Source: an uncultured Candidatus Saccharibacteria bacterium
GTDB taxonomy: Bacteria > Patescibacteriota > Minisyncoccia > Phycocordibacterales > UBA12088
Assembly (NCBI GenBank): GCA_964409035.1
Contig: CAYPBQ010000004.1
Coordinates: 7,687-71,686, forward strand
Direction: 5' to 3'
DNA length: 64,000 nt
Every line of letters starts with the position of its first letter. The stretch's first letter is position 1. Shown piece by piece: positions 28,898 through 37,955 of the stretch. The notes under the pieces were generated by a model. It did not search any database, was not told where the DNA came from, and worked only from the letters and a program-made list of their open reading frames with translations. The position numbers and the translations under genes were made by a program.

Positions 28898-28946
28898 TGT
28901 TGTATCTTTGCGACTGCTTGATACAGCACTATGGTAGGGTATATGC

Positions 28947-29477
28947 ATGAGTCCGGTACATATACGAACAGCTCTACCAGAGGATAGCGCAGCTATGGTA
29001 GATATTTTATTCCGTGCATGGTGCGCAACATATGTAACACTTGGAGTTCCTGAAGCAGCAATTATCGAATCATTTGGTGATAGGGATAAAAAGATAGATG
29101 TGTATGCAGAGTATATAAAAGCACAAGATGTTTCTGCGCGTGTCGTTCTTGTTGCTGAAAATGATGAGGGGGTAGTGTGTGGTTTGTGTGTGCTAAACAA
29201 AAAAGATGAAATATGGAGGTTGTCACAGTTTTATGTTGATCCAACGTGGATAAGAATGGGTATCGGCTCTGCGCTAATGGCCGAGGCAATTGATCGTGCC
29301 AATACAGATATAGAGCTATCAGTTGTGGTAAACAATGATCGTGCAATCGCCTTTTATACAGCGCAGGGCTTTGCACCAACGGGAGAAACATCAAAATATC
29401 AGCTAACTAATACAGTGTATCTTGATGAGATTGTAATGAGGCGTTCAAGAGCTGGTAAGCGGGTTGAAGGCAGCTAA
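28947..29477 (+). CDS. GNAT family N-acetyltransferase
   Basis: 176 aa. Motif A VDPTWIRMGIGSALMAEAI (Q/R-x-x-G-x-G/A acetyl-CoA site) and motif B-like region AIAFYTAQGF. Confidence 0.65.
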   Translation: MSPVHIRTALPEDSAAMVDILFRAWCATYVTLGVPEAAIIESFGDRDKKIDVYAEYIKAQDVSARVVLVAENDEGVVCGLCVLNKKDEIWRLSQFYVDPTWIRMGIGSALMAEAIDRANTDIELSVVVNNDRAIAFYTAQGFAPTGETSKYQLTNTVYLDEIVMRRSRAGKRVEGS

Positions 29478-29583
29478 AAAGCGGCGTGTTAAAAGAGCCT
29501 CTTTTTAGCCATATATCATACAAAATTAAAAATAGCCGGTTTCGAACCAGCAAAAAATGTGCTACCATGCACATGTTTTACCT

Positions 29584-32085
29584 ATGAAAATATTTGATAC
29601 TATATTCGGCACTCCGTCGTCAAAGGCTATAAAACGCTATAAGCCAATAGTGGCTAGTATTAATGCGCTAGAGCCATCCATTGCATCACTTACTGATGAT
29701 GAACTTCGTCAAAAAACTGCTCAGTTTAAAGCGCGCCTTAAAGAGGGTGAGACTACCGCAACACTCCTTCCAGAGGCATTTGCGGTGGTGAGAGAGGTCT
29801 CAAAGCGCTTAAGCGGGGAAAGGCACTATGATGTGCAGCTTATGGGCGGTATTGCGCTTCATGAAGGAAATATAGCAGAAATGAAAACAGGTGAAGGAAA
29901 GACGCTTGTCGCCACACTGCCTGTGTATCTTAACGCGCTTGTTGGTGACGGTGTTCATGTTATTACGGTCAATGACTACCTCGCTCGTCGCGACGCGGTA
30001 TGGATGGGGCAAATATATGCATTCCTAGGGTTAAGTGTCGGCATCATCAATAGTGATGGAGCATATTTATATGACGCATCAGCCAAACCTGAAGAATCAA
30101 ATGAAGATGACATAAGGGATGAGTTAGGTTCATTCAAGGTGGTGCATGAATACCTACGCCCTGCATCAAAGAAAGACGCGTACTATGCTGATATTACCTA
30201 CGGTACCAACAACGAATACGGCTTTGATTATCTACGAGATAATATTGAGTATGAACCACAGGCACTGCGACAACGCGGACACCATTATGCCATTGTCGAT
30301 GAAATTGACTCTATATTAATAGACGAAGCGAGAACACCGCTTATTATTTCAAGCCCCGCGGCAGAGTCTGAAAATTTGTATCAGACGTTTGCTGAAATAG
30401 CCCGCGCACTAAAGGAGGGTGAGGATTTTGAAAAGGAGGAAAAATCAAGATCAATTTCAATAACAGATAAAGGTATAGAAAAAGCTGAACAGATGCTCGG
30501 CGTTACCGATATATATACCCAAAAAGGTATTAAGTATGTGCACCACCTTGAGACAGCGATACGAGCGAAGGCGTTGTATACAAAGGATAAGCAGTATGTA
30601 GTCAAAGATGGACAAATTGTGATTGTCGATGAGTTTACCGGTAGATTGCAACCAGGAAGACGGTGGAGTGAAGGGCTTCATCAAGCAATAGAAGCAAAGG
30701 AGGGTATGGCAGTACAAAGAGAGAGCCGTACCTATGCCTCAGTGACATTTCAAAATTATTTCAGAATGTACAAAAAGCTCTCTGGAATGACGGGTACCGC
30801 AGAGACCTCTGCTGAAGAATTTCAAACCGTATACAACTTGGAGACTATTGTTATACCGACACATCGAGCTATTTCAAGGATCGATAGGAATGATCTCATT
30901 TATAAAAATGAAAATGCAAAATTCAGCGCGGTTGCAAAAAGAGTTAAGGAGGTAAGCGCACTCGGGCAACCTGTACTTATCGGTACTGTTTCTATTGAAA
31001 AGAATGAATTACTTAGTGCCTACCTTCATAAAGAGGGAGTACCCCACGAAGTGCTAAATGCTAAAAACCATGAACGTGAAGGAGAGATAATCGCACAAGC
31101 AGGGAAGAAGGGTAATGTGACAGTGGCAACCAACATGGCAGGAAGAGGAGTAGATATAAAACTAGGAGGTGTGCCAACAACACCTGAAGACAGAGAAGAA
31201 GTTAAAGCGCTTGGAGGTCTCTTTGTGCTTGGAACAGAACGCCACGAAGCACGTCGCATTGATAACCAGTTACGAGGCCGATCAGGTAGGCAAGGCGATC
31301 CAGGAGAAACACAATTTTTTGTGTCGCTTGATGATGACCTAATGCGAGTATTCGGAAACAATGAGCTTATACGAATGGTAATGGACAAGCTACCAGAAGA
31401 TGAAGCCATAGCACACAGTCGTATTTCAAAATCACTTGAAACCGCCCAAAAGAGAATCGAAGGATTCAATTTTGATTCACGAAAACACGTGCTTGCCTAC
31501 GATAATGTGATGAATCATCAGCGCCAGGCAATATACAAAAAGCGCATGATCGCGCTACTAGGGAGTGATGCCGAAGTTGATGAGCTCTTAGTATCATGTT
31601 CACGTGATACAGATGCGGTGGCTCGTATATTAGAGAGTAAAAAGAATGAGCTTGGTGCAAGCGCGCTGTATATGCAAGCGCGTAGATTAGTTATGCGCAC
31701 TATAGATACTTTATGGATGGACCATCTCGAGAGTATGGAGTATTTGCGCTCCAGTGTTAATTTAAGAGCGTATGGTCAAAGAGACCCACTCATAGAATAT
31801 AGAAAGGAGGGACTTAGACTCTTTAAAGAATTGGAAGAAAACATTGAAGAAGATATCAGGAATAAACTACCAACTCTTGCCCTCAGCACTCTTCCGGTGG
31901 GGCAGATAAAAGTGCAAGCTATACAACCAACATCAAGCACCACTTCACCAGTCGTTGAGAATGGAGCAACCTACGGCAGAAATGATCTTGTCACCATTAG
32001 TGATGGGGTAACCACTGAAACAGTAAAGTTTAAAAAAGCAGAAGCAAAAATCGCACAAGGTTTTAGGATTATTGAAAAAAAATAA
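29584..32085 (+). CDS. secA: Preprotein translocase ATPase SecA
   Basis: MKIFDTIFGTPSSKAIKRYKPIV (SecA N-terminus), MKTGEGKTLVATLP (Walker A), DEIDSILIDEARTPLIIS (DEAD-like motif), MAGRGVDIKLGG, RRIDNQLRGRSGRQGDPGE. ATG at 29584. Confidence 0.9.
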   Translation: MKIFDTIFGTPSSKAIKRYKPIVASINALEPSIASLTDDELRQKTAQFKARLKEGETTATLLPEAFAVVREVSKRLSGERHYDVQLMGGIALHEGNIAEMKTGEGKTLVATLPVYLNALVGDGVHVITVNDYLARRDAVWMGQIYAFLGLSVGIINSDGAYLYDASAKPEESNEDDIRDELGSFKVVHEYLRPASKKDAYYADITYGTNNEYGFDYLRDNIEYEPQALRQRGHHYAIVDEIDSILIDEARTPLIISSPAAESENLYQTFAEIARALKEGEDFEKEEKSRSISITDKGIEKAEQMLGVTDIYTQKGIKYVHHLETAIRAKALYTKDKQYVVKDGQIVIVDEFTGRLQPGRRWSEGLHQAIEAKEGMAVQRESRTYASVTFQNYFRMYKKLSGMTGTAETSAEEFQTVYNLETIVIPTHRAISRIDRNDLIYKNENAKFSAVAKRVKEVSALGQPVLIGTVSIEKNELLSAYLHKEGVPHEVLNAKNHEREGEIIAQAGKKGNVTVATNMAGRGVDIKLGGVPTTPEDREEVKALGGLFVLGTERHEARRIDNQLRGRSGRQGDPGETQFFVSLDDDLMRVFGNNELIRMVMDKLPEDEAIAHSRISKSLETAQKRIEGFNFDSRKHVLAYDNVMNHQRQAIYKKRMIALLGSDAEVDELLVSCSRDTDAVARILESKKNELGASALYMQARRLVMRTIDTLWMDHLESMEYLRSSVNLRAYGQRDPLIEYRKEGLRLFKELEENIEEDIRNKLPTLALSTLPVGQIKVQAIQPTSSTTSPVVENGATYGRNDLVTISDGVTTETVKFKKAEAKIAQGFRIIEKK

Positions 32086-32087
32086 TT

Positions 32088-32432
32088 TTGCCTATGACCC
32101 ATTTAATCTCACGGTATCTACTTATAGTGTTTAGCATCCTTCTCATCGCAAGGCTTGTTCCCGGTGTCTCGGTTGATGGACTTACTACCACTCTCATTGT
32201 TGCGCTTGTACTTGGGCTTATCAATATTACTCTGAAGCCAATCCTCTTTGTGCTTACGCTACCTGTTACTATCCTCACCCTCGGGTTATTTGCATTCATA
32301 CTCAATGCGTTACTGCTCTGGTTCGTCGCCTCCTTTGTTGAAGGTTTTTATATTGACGGATTTATTCCTGCACTTCTTAGTGCACTTATCATCTCGCTCG
32401 TAACGTGGGTGGGGAACAAGGTGCTCCCATAA
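32088..32432 (+). CDS. 4-TM membrane protein of the YvlD/phage_holin_4_2 family
   Basis: 114 aa. LIARLVPGVSVDGLTTTLIVALVLGLINITLKPILFVLTLPVTILTLGLFAFILNALLLWFVASFVEGFYIDGF matches the conserved PF04020 pattern. Confidence 0.55.
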   Translation: MPMTHLISRYLLIVFSILLIARLVPGVSVDGLTTTLIVALVLGLINITLKPILFVLTLPVTILTLGLFAFILNALLLWFVASFVEGFYIDGFIPALLSALIISLVTWVGNKVLP

Positions 32433-32463
32433 TACTTGGCACGTACCACTACACTCCCTCTGC

Positions 32464-32494
32464 TAAAAACACCTCTTATTAAAAGAGGTGTTTT
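32464..32494 (+). terminator. Intrinsic terminator: 13-bp stem AAAAACACCTCTT / AAGAGGTGTTTTT
   Basis: Perfect inverted repeat with a T-run, downstream of secA and the holin-like gene. Confidence 0.6.
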
Positions 32495-32540
32495 TAGCAT
32501 GCTTGCAGGAGTTCGCTATGCACTGTAGTCTGTGAGATAC

Positions 32541-33512
32541 ATGGCATTCGTAGATGAATTACTCATACAAGCAAAGGCAGGCAACGGCGGAACCGGTGTT
32601 GTTCGTTGGCGTAGAGAAAAGTTCGTCCCACTTGGAGGTCCAGCGGGTGGTAATGGTGGCAAGGGCGGTGATGTGTACCTTAAGGGTGTGCGAGATAGGA
32701 TGATACTAGCGAGGTACAAAGGAGACACCAACTTTGCTGCAGCTAATGGCGAATCAGGAAGAAAGGATAATGAACATGGAAAAAATGGGCAAGACCTTTA
32801 CATTGAGGTTCCTACCGGAAGTATCATTACTCAAAGAGATTCTGACCGACAAATAAGAATTGATCATGAGGGGCAGATCGAGCTTCTTCTTAAGGGTGGA
32901 AAGGGAGGTCTTGGCAATACTGAGTTTAAAAGCTCCCGCAACACTACCCCGATGGAATTTACTCCTGGTGAGGATGGTGAAGGTGGTGTTTTTCTCATTG
33001 AGCTTGAGCTAATCGCAGATATTGGCCTCATCGGATTTCCAAATGCAGGAAAGTCATCGCTTCTTAATGCGCTTACTAATTCTCATTCTAAAGTGGGCGA
33101 CTATCCATTTACCACACTGGAGCCATCACTAGGAGTTATGGACAAGTATGTTATTGCAGACATACCTGGTCTAATTGAAGGAGCATCAGAGGGCAGAGGG
33201 CTTGGTCACAAGTTTCTAAAGCATGTTACTAGGACAAAAATACTCGTTCATCTTATCTCGGCTAGCCGAGATAACCAAGTTTTAAGCTATAAATCAATAC
33301 GAACAGAGCTAGGTGCATTTAGCGATGATTTGTTAAAGAAGGAAGAGCTCGTGCTACTTTCCCAAGCTGATACAGTTTCTCCAGAGGAAGCAACAAGACT
33401 AGTAAAAGAATTTAAGAAGGAGACAGGTAAGGATATGATTCAGGTTTCAGTTATTGATGATGCCGCAATGAAGCACCTTCGCGAAGTACTCCTCACAATT
33501 TTGAGCAAATAG
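32541..33512 (+). CDS. obg: GTPase Obg/CgtA
   Basis: Glycine-rich Obg fold (FVDELLIQAKAGNGGTGVVRWRREKFVPLGGPAGGNGGKGGDVY), G1 GFPNAGKSSLLNALT, G3 DIPGLIEGAS. Start at 32541 (MAFVDE); the alternative at 32532 is also possible. Confidence 0.85.
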   Translation: MAFVDELLIQAKAGNGGTGVVRWRREKFVPLGGPAGGNGGKGGDVYLKGVRDRMILARYKGDTNFAAANGESGRKDNEHGKNGQDLYIEVPTGSIITQRDSDRQIRIDHEGQIELLLKGGKGGLGNTEFKSSRNTTPMEFTPGEDGEGGVFLIELELIADIGLIGFPNAGKSSLLNALTNSHSKVGDYPFTTLEPSLGVMDKYVIADIPGLIEGASEGRGLGHKFLKHVTRTKILVHLISASRDNQVLSYKSIRTELGAFSDDLLKKEELVLLSQADTVSPEEATRLVKEFKKETGKDMIQVSVIDDAAMKHLREVLLTILSK

Positions 33513-33534
33513 GGCGCTCTGCTATAGTGTCGTT

Positions 33535-34932
33535 ATGGAATTTAAACCTACTATTGGTCTAGAAATACACGCGGAGCTGAAGACAAAAACAAAGATGTTT
33601 TGCAGCTCTGCTAATGATCCATCAGCAGAGCCAAATACTAATATTTGCCCAGTGTGTATGGGGCACCCTGGAGTACTCCCTAGAGTAAACAAGGAAGCAG
33701 TAAAGAGCGTGTTAACTGTTGGGGTTGCAGTTGGAGGCACCCTAGCTGATTACACTGAGTTTGATAGAAAGAATTATTTTTACCCCGATATACCAAAGGG
33801 CTATCAGATAAGTCAGTACAAGCATCCTCTTGTTTCTGGAGGTAGCATCAATGGCGTTTTGTTGACTCGTATTCATCTTGAGGAGGATACAGCAAAATCT
33901 TCTCACGAGAGTGCAAGTGGCAGTCTTGTCGACTTTAATAGAGCTGGGGTGCCGCTCATGGAGCTGGTTACAGAGCCTGTTATCCATAGTGCAGAAGAGG
34001 CAAGTTTGTTTGCTAAGGAATTACAGTTGCTTCTTCGAACACTCGGAGTGTCTGATGCAAACATGGAAAAGGGTGAGATGCGAGTAGAGGCAAATATATC
34101 AGTGAGTGCAAATGATACTCTTGGTACTAAAGTGGAGGTAAAAAATCTCAACTCATTCAAGTCTGTCGAGAGAGCAATTGAGTACGAGATAAAACGTCAC
34201 ATTGAAGCTATATCTCGGGGAGACGAGATAGTTCAGGAGACAAGAGGGTGGGATGAGATGGGTGAAAAAACATTCTCTCAAAGAAAAAAGGAGAGTGCTC
34301 ATGACTATCGATATTTTCCAGACCCAGACATTCCAAAGTATGTTATTTCAGAAATCCCAGAATTTTCCCTTGAAGCATTACGTCTCTCAATGCCGGAGTT
34401 GCCAGTAGATAGGAGGGTACGATTAGATTCGTACGGAATTGCAAAAGATGTGCGTGACACCCTTACTAATCAGATCGAGCTAGGTCATTTTTTTGATGAG
34501 ATTATTAGTGGAAAGGAGGCAGTTATTTCATTTGTTACCAAGGCAGCTAATTACCTCACGTCTGATTTAAATGGACTAGGGGGTAGGAATCTACTCACTG
34601 TCAGTGGTATGCGGTCACTTATTGATTTACTTGAATCTGGCGAACTATCCTCAAGAGGAGCAAAAGATGTACTCAAATCACTAAATGAATCAGGTGATAA
34701 TGACGCAATGGCTACTGCTAAAAGGCTTGGCGTGCTTCAGGTAAATGATGACTCACTACTTATAACCATTGCGCAAGACGTTGTGGCAGCTAATGCTGCT
34801 GTTGTACTTGAGTATAAACAAGGGAAGGAGAGCTCGCTACAGTTTTTGGTGGGGCAAGGAATGAAGTTGTCTAAAGGTTCTGCTAATCCTAAGAAGCTAA
34901 GTGAGGCAATAGTAAAGGCTATCAGTGCATAA
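33535..34932 (+). CDS. gatB: Asp-tRNA(Asn)/Glu-tRNA(Gln) amidotransferase subunit B (GatB)
   Basis: MEFKPTIGLEIHAELKTKTKMFCS...CPVCMGHPGVLP...RIHLEEDTAKS...VDFNRAGVPLMELVTEP follows the GatB/GatE catalytic-domain pattern, with a C-terminal YqeY-like tail. Confidence 0.85.
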   Translation: MEFKPTIGLEIHAELKTKTKMFCSSANDPSAEPNTNICPVCMGHPGVLPRVNKEAVKSVLTVGVAVGGTLADYTEFDRKNYFYPDIPKGYQISQYKHPLVSGGSINGVLLTRIHLEEDTAKSSHESASGSLVDFNRAGVPLMELVTEPVIHSAEEASLFAKELQLLLRTLGVSDANMEKGEMRVEANISVSANDTLGTKVEVKNLNSFKSVERAIEYEIKRHIEAISRGDEIVQETRGWDEMGEKTFSQRKKESAHDYRYFPDPDIPKYVISEIPEFSLEALRLSMPELPVDRRVRLDSYGIAKDVRDTLTNQIELGHFFDEIISGKEAVISFVTKAANYLTSDLNGLGGRNLLTVSGMRSLIDLLESGELSSRGAKDVLKSLNESGDNDAMATAKRLGVLQVNDDSLLITIAQDVVAANAAVVLEYKQGKESSLQFLVGQGMKLSKGSANPKKLSEAIVKAISA

Positions 34933-34989
34933 AAGTATCTCGTCTAGCCGACCTGTGTACAAGTGTATTGTGCTTTAAATAGCACTGGG

Positions 34990-34998
34990 TGGTATAAT
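34990..34998 (+). promoter_or_regulatory. Extended -10 element TGGTATAAT placed 7 nt before the ATG at 35005, implying a leaderless mRNA
   Basis: TGgTATAAT at 34990-34998; ATG at 35005. Confidence 0.4.
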
Positions 34999-35004
34999 TA
35001 CCGC

Positions 35005-35640
35005 ATGAAGGAGAACGCACTAGTATTTAATGGTAAGGCATATGTATCCTCGGTACGAGCATCACAGCTTACCGGTTATACTACTGATTACATCGGGCAA
35101 CTCTGCAGAGCAAATAGGGCAGACTGTAGGTTAGTCGGGCGTACCTGGTATGTCGAGCAGACATCCCTATGCGGCAGAAAGGTTCAAAAGCGTATTTCTG
35201 AGAACTCTCCTAAGGGAATGACTATAGAAATAAGAAGAAAGGGCACATATACTGATAGACAAAAGTATCTGGTTGAAGAGTTATCAAGGAGATCATCCTA
35301 TATTCCAAAAAACGAAGAGCAGATAGTTTTTGAGTATGATGATGCGCCACTATTTCCAGCGGTATCGAAGGAGTTACCAGTCGAATCACTCAAAAAAGTA
35401 GAGCCAGCTAAGACTTACGTTGAGGTACCTTCTGTTAAGAGAGACATTCTTTCACCAATTCAGACCCGACATATATCTCGAAGGGGTAAGTTTGCTATAC
35501 AGGGTATTTTACTGCCAGTCTCTGCTGTCCTTCTATTTGCTATTGCTACTTTTGGACTTGAAGCAACGTATTCATACTCAGATAAGGATGGTCTTACTCG
35601 GGGCGTTCAAGTCGTATCCGCATCAGAAATATCATTATAA
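35005..35640 (+). CDS. Membrane-anchored DNA-binding protein: N-terminal excisionase/MerR-type HTH (HTH_17-like) + C-terminal single TM
   Basis: SVRASQLTGYTTDYIGQLCRANRADCRLVGRTWYV matches the excisionase-family HTH pattern (compare ...vgr.Wr.). A basic linker and a TM helix (AIQGILLPVSAVLLFAIATFGL) follow. ATG at 35005 rather than the GTG at 34963. Confidence 0.5.
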   Translation: MKENALVFNGKAYVSSVRASQLTGYTTDYIGQLCRANRADCRLVGRTWYVEQTSLCGRKVQKRISENSPKGMTIEIRRKGTYTDRQKYLVEELSRRSSYIPKNEEQIVFEYDDAPLFPAVSKELPVESLKKVEPAKTYVEVPSVKRDILSPIQTRHISRRGKFAIQGILLPVSAVLLFAIATFGLEATYSYSDKDGLTRGVQVVSASEISL

Positions 35641-35647
35641 TTCAACA

Positions 35648-35675
35648 TATCTCGTATAGACGAGATAGATTTTTA
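35648..35675 (+). terminator. Intrinsic terminator ATCTCGT-atag-ACGAGAT + GATTTTT
   Basis: Read from the sequence, 8 nt after the stop. Confidence 0.5.
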
Positions 35676-36240
35676 GATATACTCCTTAAAAAATTGGGAT
35701 TTTCAGCTTCGGTTTATTGCTTAAAAGTAATTAAGTACCGTTCATTTTGATACAAGGGCTACAAGAAAAATACTTAATGTGGATTTATTATTTTTATACT
35801 GGTTTAGTGTGGATTTATGACTGATCCCTTTGCATTAGTCTTGGTTATTTTGGCACAAACAGCTCTATTGGTATGGTAATGCCTTATCAACCCACATTTT
35901 GAAGTGTATTTGCACTCTAATTCATAATTCTGGGTAGTTTTAGAGTCAAATCACAAATTTTTGTAGCACTTCTACTTTTTCTATATTGGTAACTAAAAGG
36001 ATGGATCACATACACATATGCATGCGTATTTTATTTGTCCATACGATTACGCAATCTGACTTCCAAAGATTAATTTATGGGTAGTAAATATTGTTAAACA
36101 AAAATTTGAATGGTACACCATCTCGCTACTTCAATTAGAAATTTATAAGTAATTGTTATCCACACATATACATGATGCCTATTGTTGATTACGTTGTAAA
36201 ATATAATTAATTCGGCAATGCGAACTAGTTCGTTAAGTAT
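35676..36240. promoter_or_regulatory. ~565-bp AT-rich non-coding spacer (after the 35648-35675 terminator; ~600 bp between the two HTH genes) with an 11-bp direct repeat TGTGGATTTAT (35778-35788 and 35808-35818), a TATAAT at 36202-36207 and a perfect 12-bp palindrome CGAACTAGTTCG (36221-36232) 9 nt upstream of the next start codon
   Basis: No ORF over 60 aa in any frame. Repeat and palindrome coordinates were counted directly. Confidence 0.4.
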
Positions 36241-37155
36241 ATGAATCAAAAAATAATCGCAAAGCAAGAACTAATCTCATCAAACGAGGCATCGCGCCTA
36301 TCAGGGTATTCAACCGAGTATATCGCTCGTCTTTGTAGACGTGGTGACATAGAGGCTCGCAGAGTAGGAAGAGCGTGGTATGTGGTTGATGCTTCATTGA
36401 AGCAACATCTTTTAAAGAGGGATGGAAATATTGTTGAGAGTAATGACTCCACGCTAGCTCGAGATTTACTTCCAGCAGATCAGGCGGGTAAGTTTGTGGG
36501 GTACTCTGGAGACTACGTAGCTAAGCTTTGCAGAGAAGGGGTCATTTCTTGTAGTAAGGTTGGGCGGGTGTGGCATGCGCAGGTTGAGTCATTGAGGCAG
36601 TTTGAAGCCTTGCAATCTGCAAAGATTCAGGAAAAGAAACTTAGTCTTACAGAAGTTAGGCGCAAGGAATATCAAAATAAACAGAGAGCAAGAAAAATAG
36701 TAGAGGTAATAACTGGTAGATCACTTATCACGTTTTTTGCTGAACAAGGTGCAATGAGGAGTTTTGCTGTAGCACTATTTGCTCTTGCTACGGTGTTTGG
36801 GAGTGTGGAGCTGCAGCACAACAGATTAATTGTTAGTGCAGTCGATGCCGCTTCTACCATTGTTGAATCAGTTTATAACGGACGATTAGCAGATGATCAG
36901 GTGGCAAGTAGCGTGGATTCAACCCTGAAGGCTCATGATGATTCAGCGCAAGATAGAGCGCTTGGAATGGTAGTTATACCAAGCGATAACACGCAAAATA
37001 TTAACAACATCAAAGATTCTTTTTCTGATGAAGTAGTCATATCACGCGCTGATAGTACTACCGGAGTGATTACCCCAGTATTTAAAAATTCTAATGGAGA
37101 TGAATATCTGTACGTCATGGTGCCGGTTGATCAAACTATAAAAGAGAGCCCATAG
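36241..37155 (+). CDS. Membrane-anchored DNA-binding protein with two tandem excisionase-type HTH domains, one TM helix and a ~110-aa extracytoplasmic tail
   Basis: HTH 1: ASRLSGYSTEYIARLCRRGDIEARRVGRAWYV. HTH 2: AGKFVGYSGDYVAKLCREGVISCSKVGRVWHA. Basic linker, then TM FAVALFALATVFGSV. Paralogous to 35005-35640. Confidence 0.5.
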   Translation: MNQKIIAKQELISSNEASRLSGYSTEYIARLCRRGDIEARRVGRAWYVVDASLKQHLLKRDGNIVESNDSTLARDLLPADQAGKFVGYSGDYVAKLCREGVISCSKVGRVWHAQVESLRQFEALQSAKIQEKKLSLTEVRRKEYQNKQRARKIVEVITGRSLITFFAEQGAMRSFAVALFALATVFGSVELQHNRLIVSAVDAASTIVESVYNGRLADDQVASSVDSTLKAHDDSAQDRALGMVVIPSDNTQNINNIKDSFSDEVVISRADSTTGVITPVFKNSNGDEYLYVMVPVDQTIKESP

Positions 37156-37251
37156 TCTGTTTTTGGAAACCACGACTCAACATTTGAATCATGGTTTCCG
37201 AGCGTAGACTCGGAGGTCGAACATTATCAGAAATAGCATTACTCGAGGATT

Positions 37252-37953
37252 ATGATAGTAACAAAGATACAGATAGTACTTAAAGATGCGGGCATAGCTA
37301 CGCTCTTGTTGGCTATACTAATCTACACAAGCTATCTAATGCTTGAGCCAAAAATTTCCGGTGCGGTGTCTACATCGGAGCAGTTTACCGTGTCACTTAC
37401 GGTAGCTGAAGAAATATCATTCTTTACTCCACCTGCAGATGTATCTCTCTCTCCAGCACTCTCTGGACTAACGGGAGGAACAGCAAATGGTGGTACACAA
37501 GTAAGAGTGTTAACCAACAATGCGACTGGTTACCAAATGTCGCTTAAGGCAAGCTCATCGCTTGGGATGATAGGACACAGTAATGGTGGGGTTATTCCTG
37601 CGCTTGTACCAAGTGTCGGCACTGTTCCTAATTTCAGCTTTGATAGCGGGACGGTAGCAGCAAACACTACTCGGTTTGCGTATTCAGTAGAGGCAAGTAC
37701 TACTGCTGATCTTGATCCTTCGTTCAAGGACAATGGATCTGCATGTAATACAGGCAGCTCAGATACTGCAAACAAGTGTTGGTTAAATGCAAGTACTACT
37801 CCTGAAGTAGTAATAAATAGAACCACCATCACGCCAAATTCAGGTGCGACTACTACCATAAAGTTTAGAGTGGTGATGCGTAGCAACCCTTCTCCACTCA
37901 TTCCTAACGATACCTATACCGCTACCACAACACTTACCGCAACCACTAATTAG
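37252..37953 (+). CDS. Secreted surface protein (233 aa), paralog of 38950-39738; possible WxL-like C-terminal domain
   Basis: SD GAGGA 4 nt upstream. N-terminal signal anchor. Shared motifs with the paralog: TGGTANGGTQV...TGYQMSLKA / TGGTANGSTTANV...TGYELKIKA, and C-terminal KCWLNASTTPEVVI / TCWDPVTTSDVVI. Confidence 0.5.
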   Translation: MIVTKIQIVLKDAGIATLLLAILIYTSYLMLEPKISGAVSTSEQFTVSLTVAEEISFFTPPADVSLSPALSGLTGGTANGGTQVRVLTNNATGYQMSLKASSSLGMIGHSNGGVIPALVPSVGTVPNFSFDSGTVAANTTRFAYSVEASTTADLDPSFKDNGSACNTGSSDTANKCWLNASTTPEVVINRTTITPNSGATTTIKFRVVMRSNPSPLIPNDTYTATTTLTATTN

Positions 37954-37955
37954 TT

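Noticed and set aside
28580-29200. 206-aa ORF on the - strand
   Set aside because: It runs antisense across the lysine-rich gene, its terminator and the 5' end of the GNAT gene. Its low-complexity protein arises from reverse-complementing AT-rich and repeat sequence, so it is spurious.
29540-29560. tRNA T-arm-like sequence GGTTTCGAACC upstream of secA
   Set aside because: The flanking sequence is too AT-rich and cannot form acceptor, D or anticodon stems, and there is no 3' CCA context. It is likely a fortuitous match within the secA promoter region.
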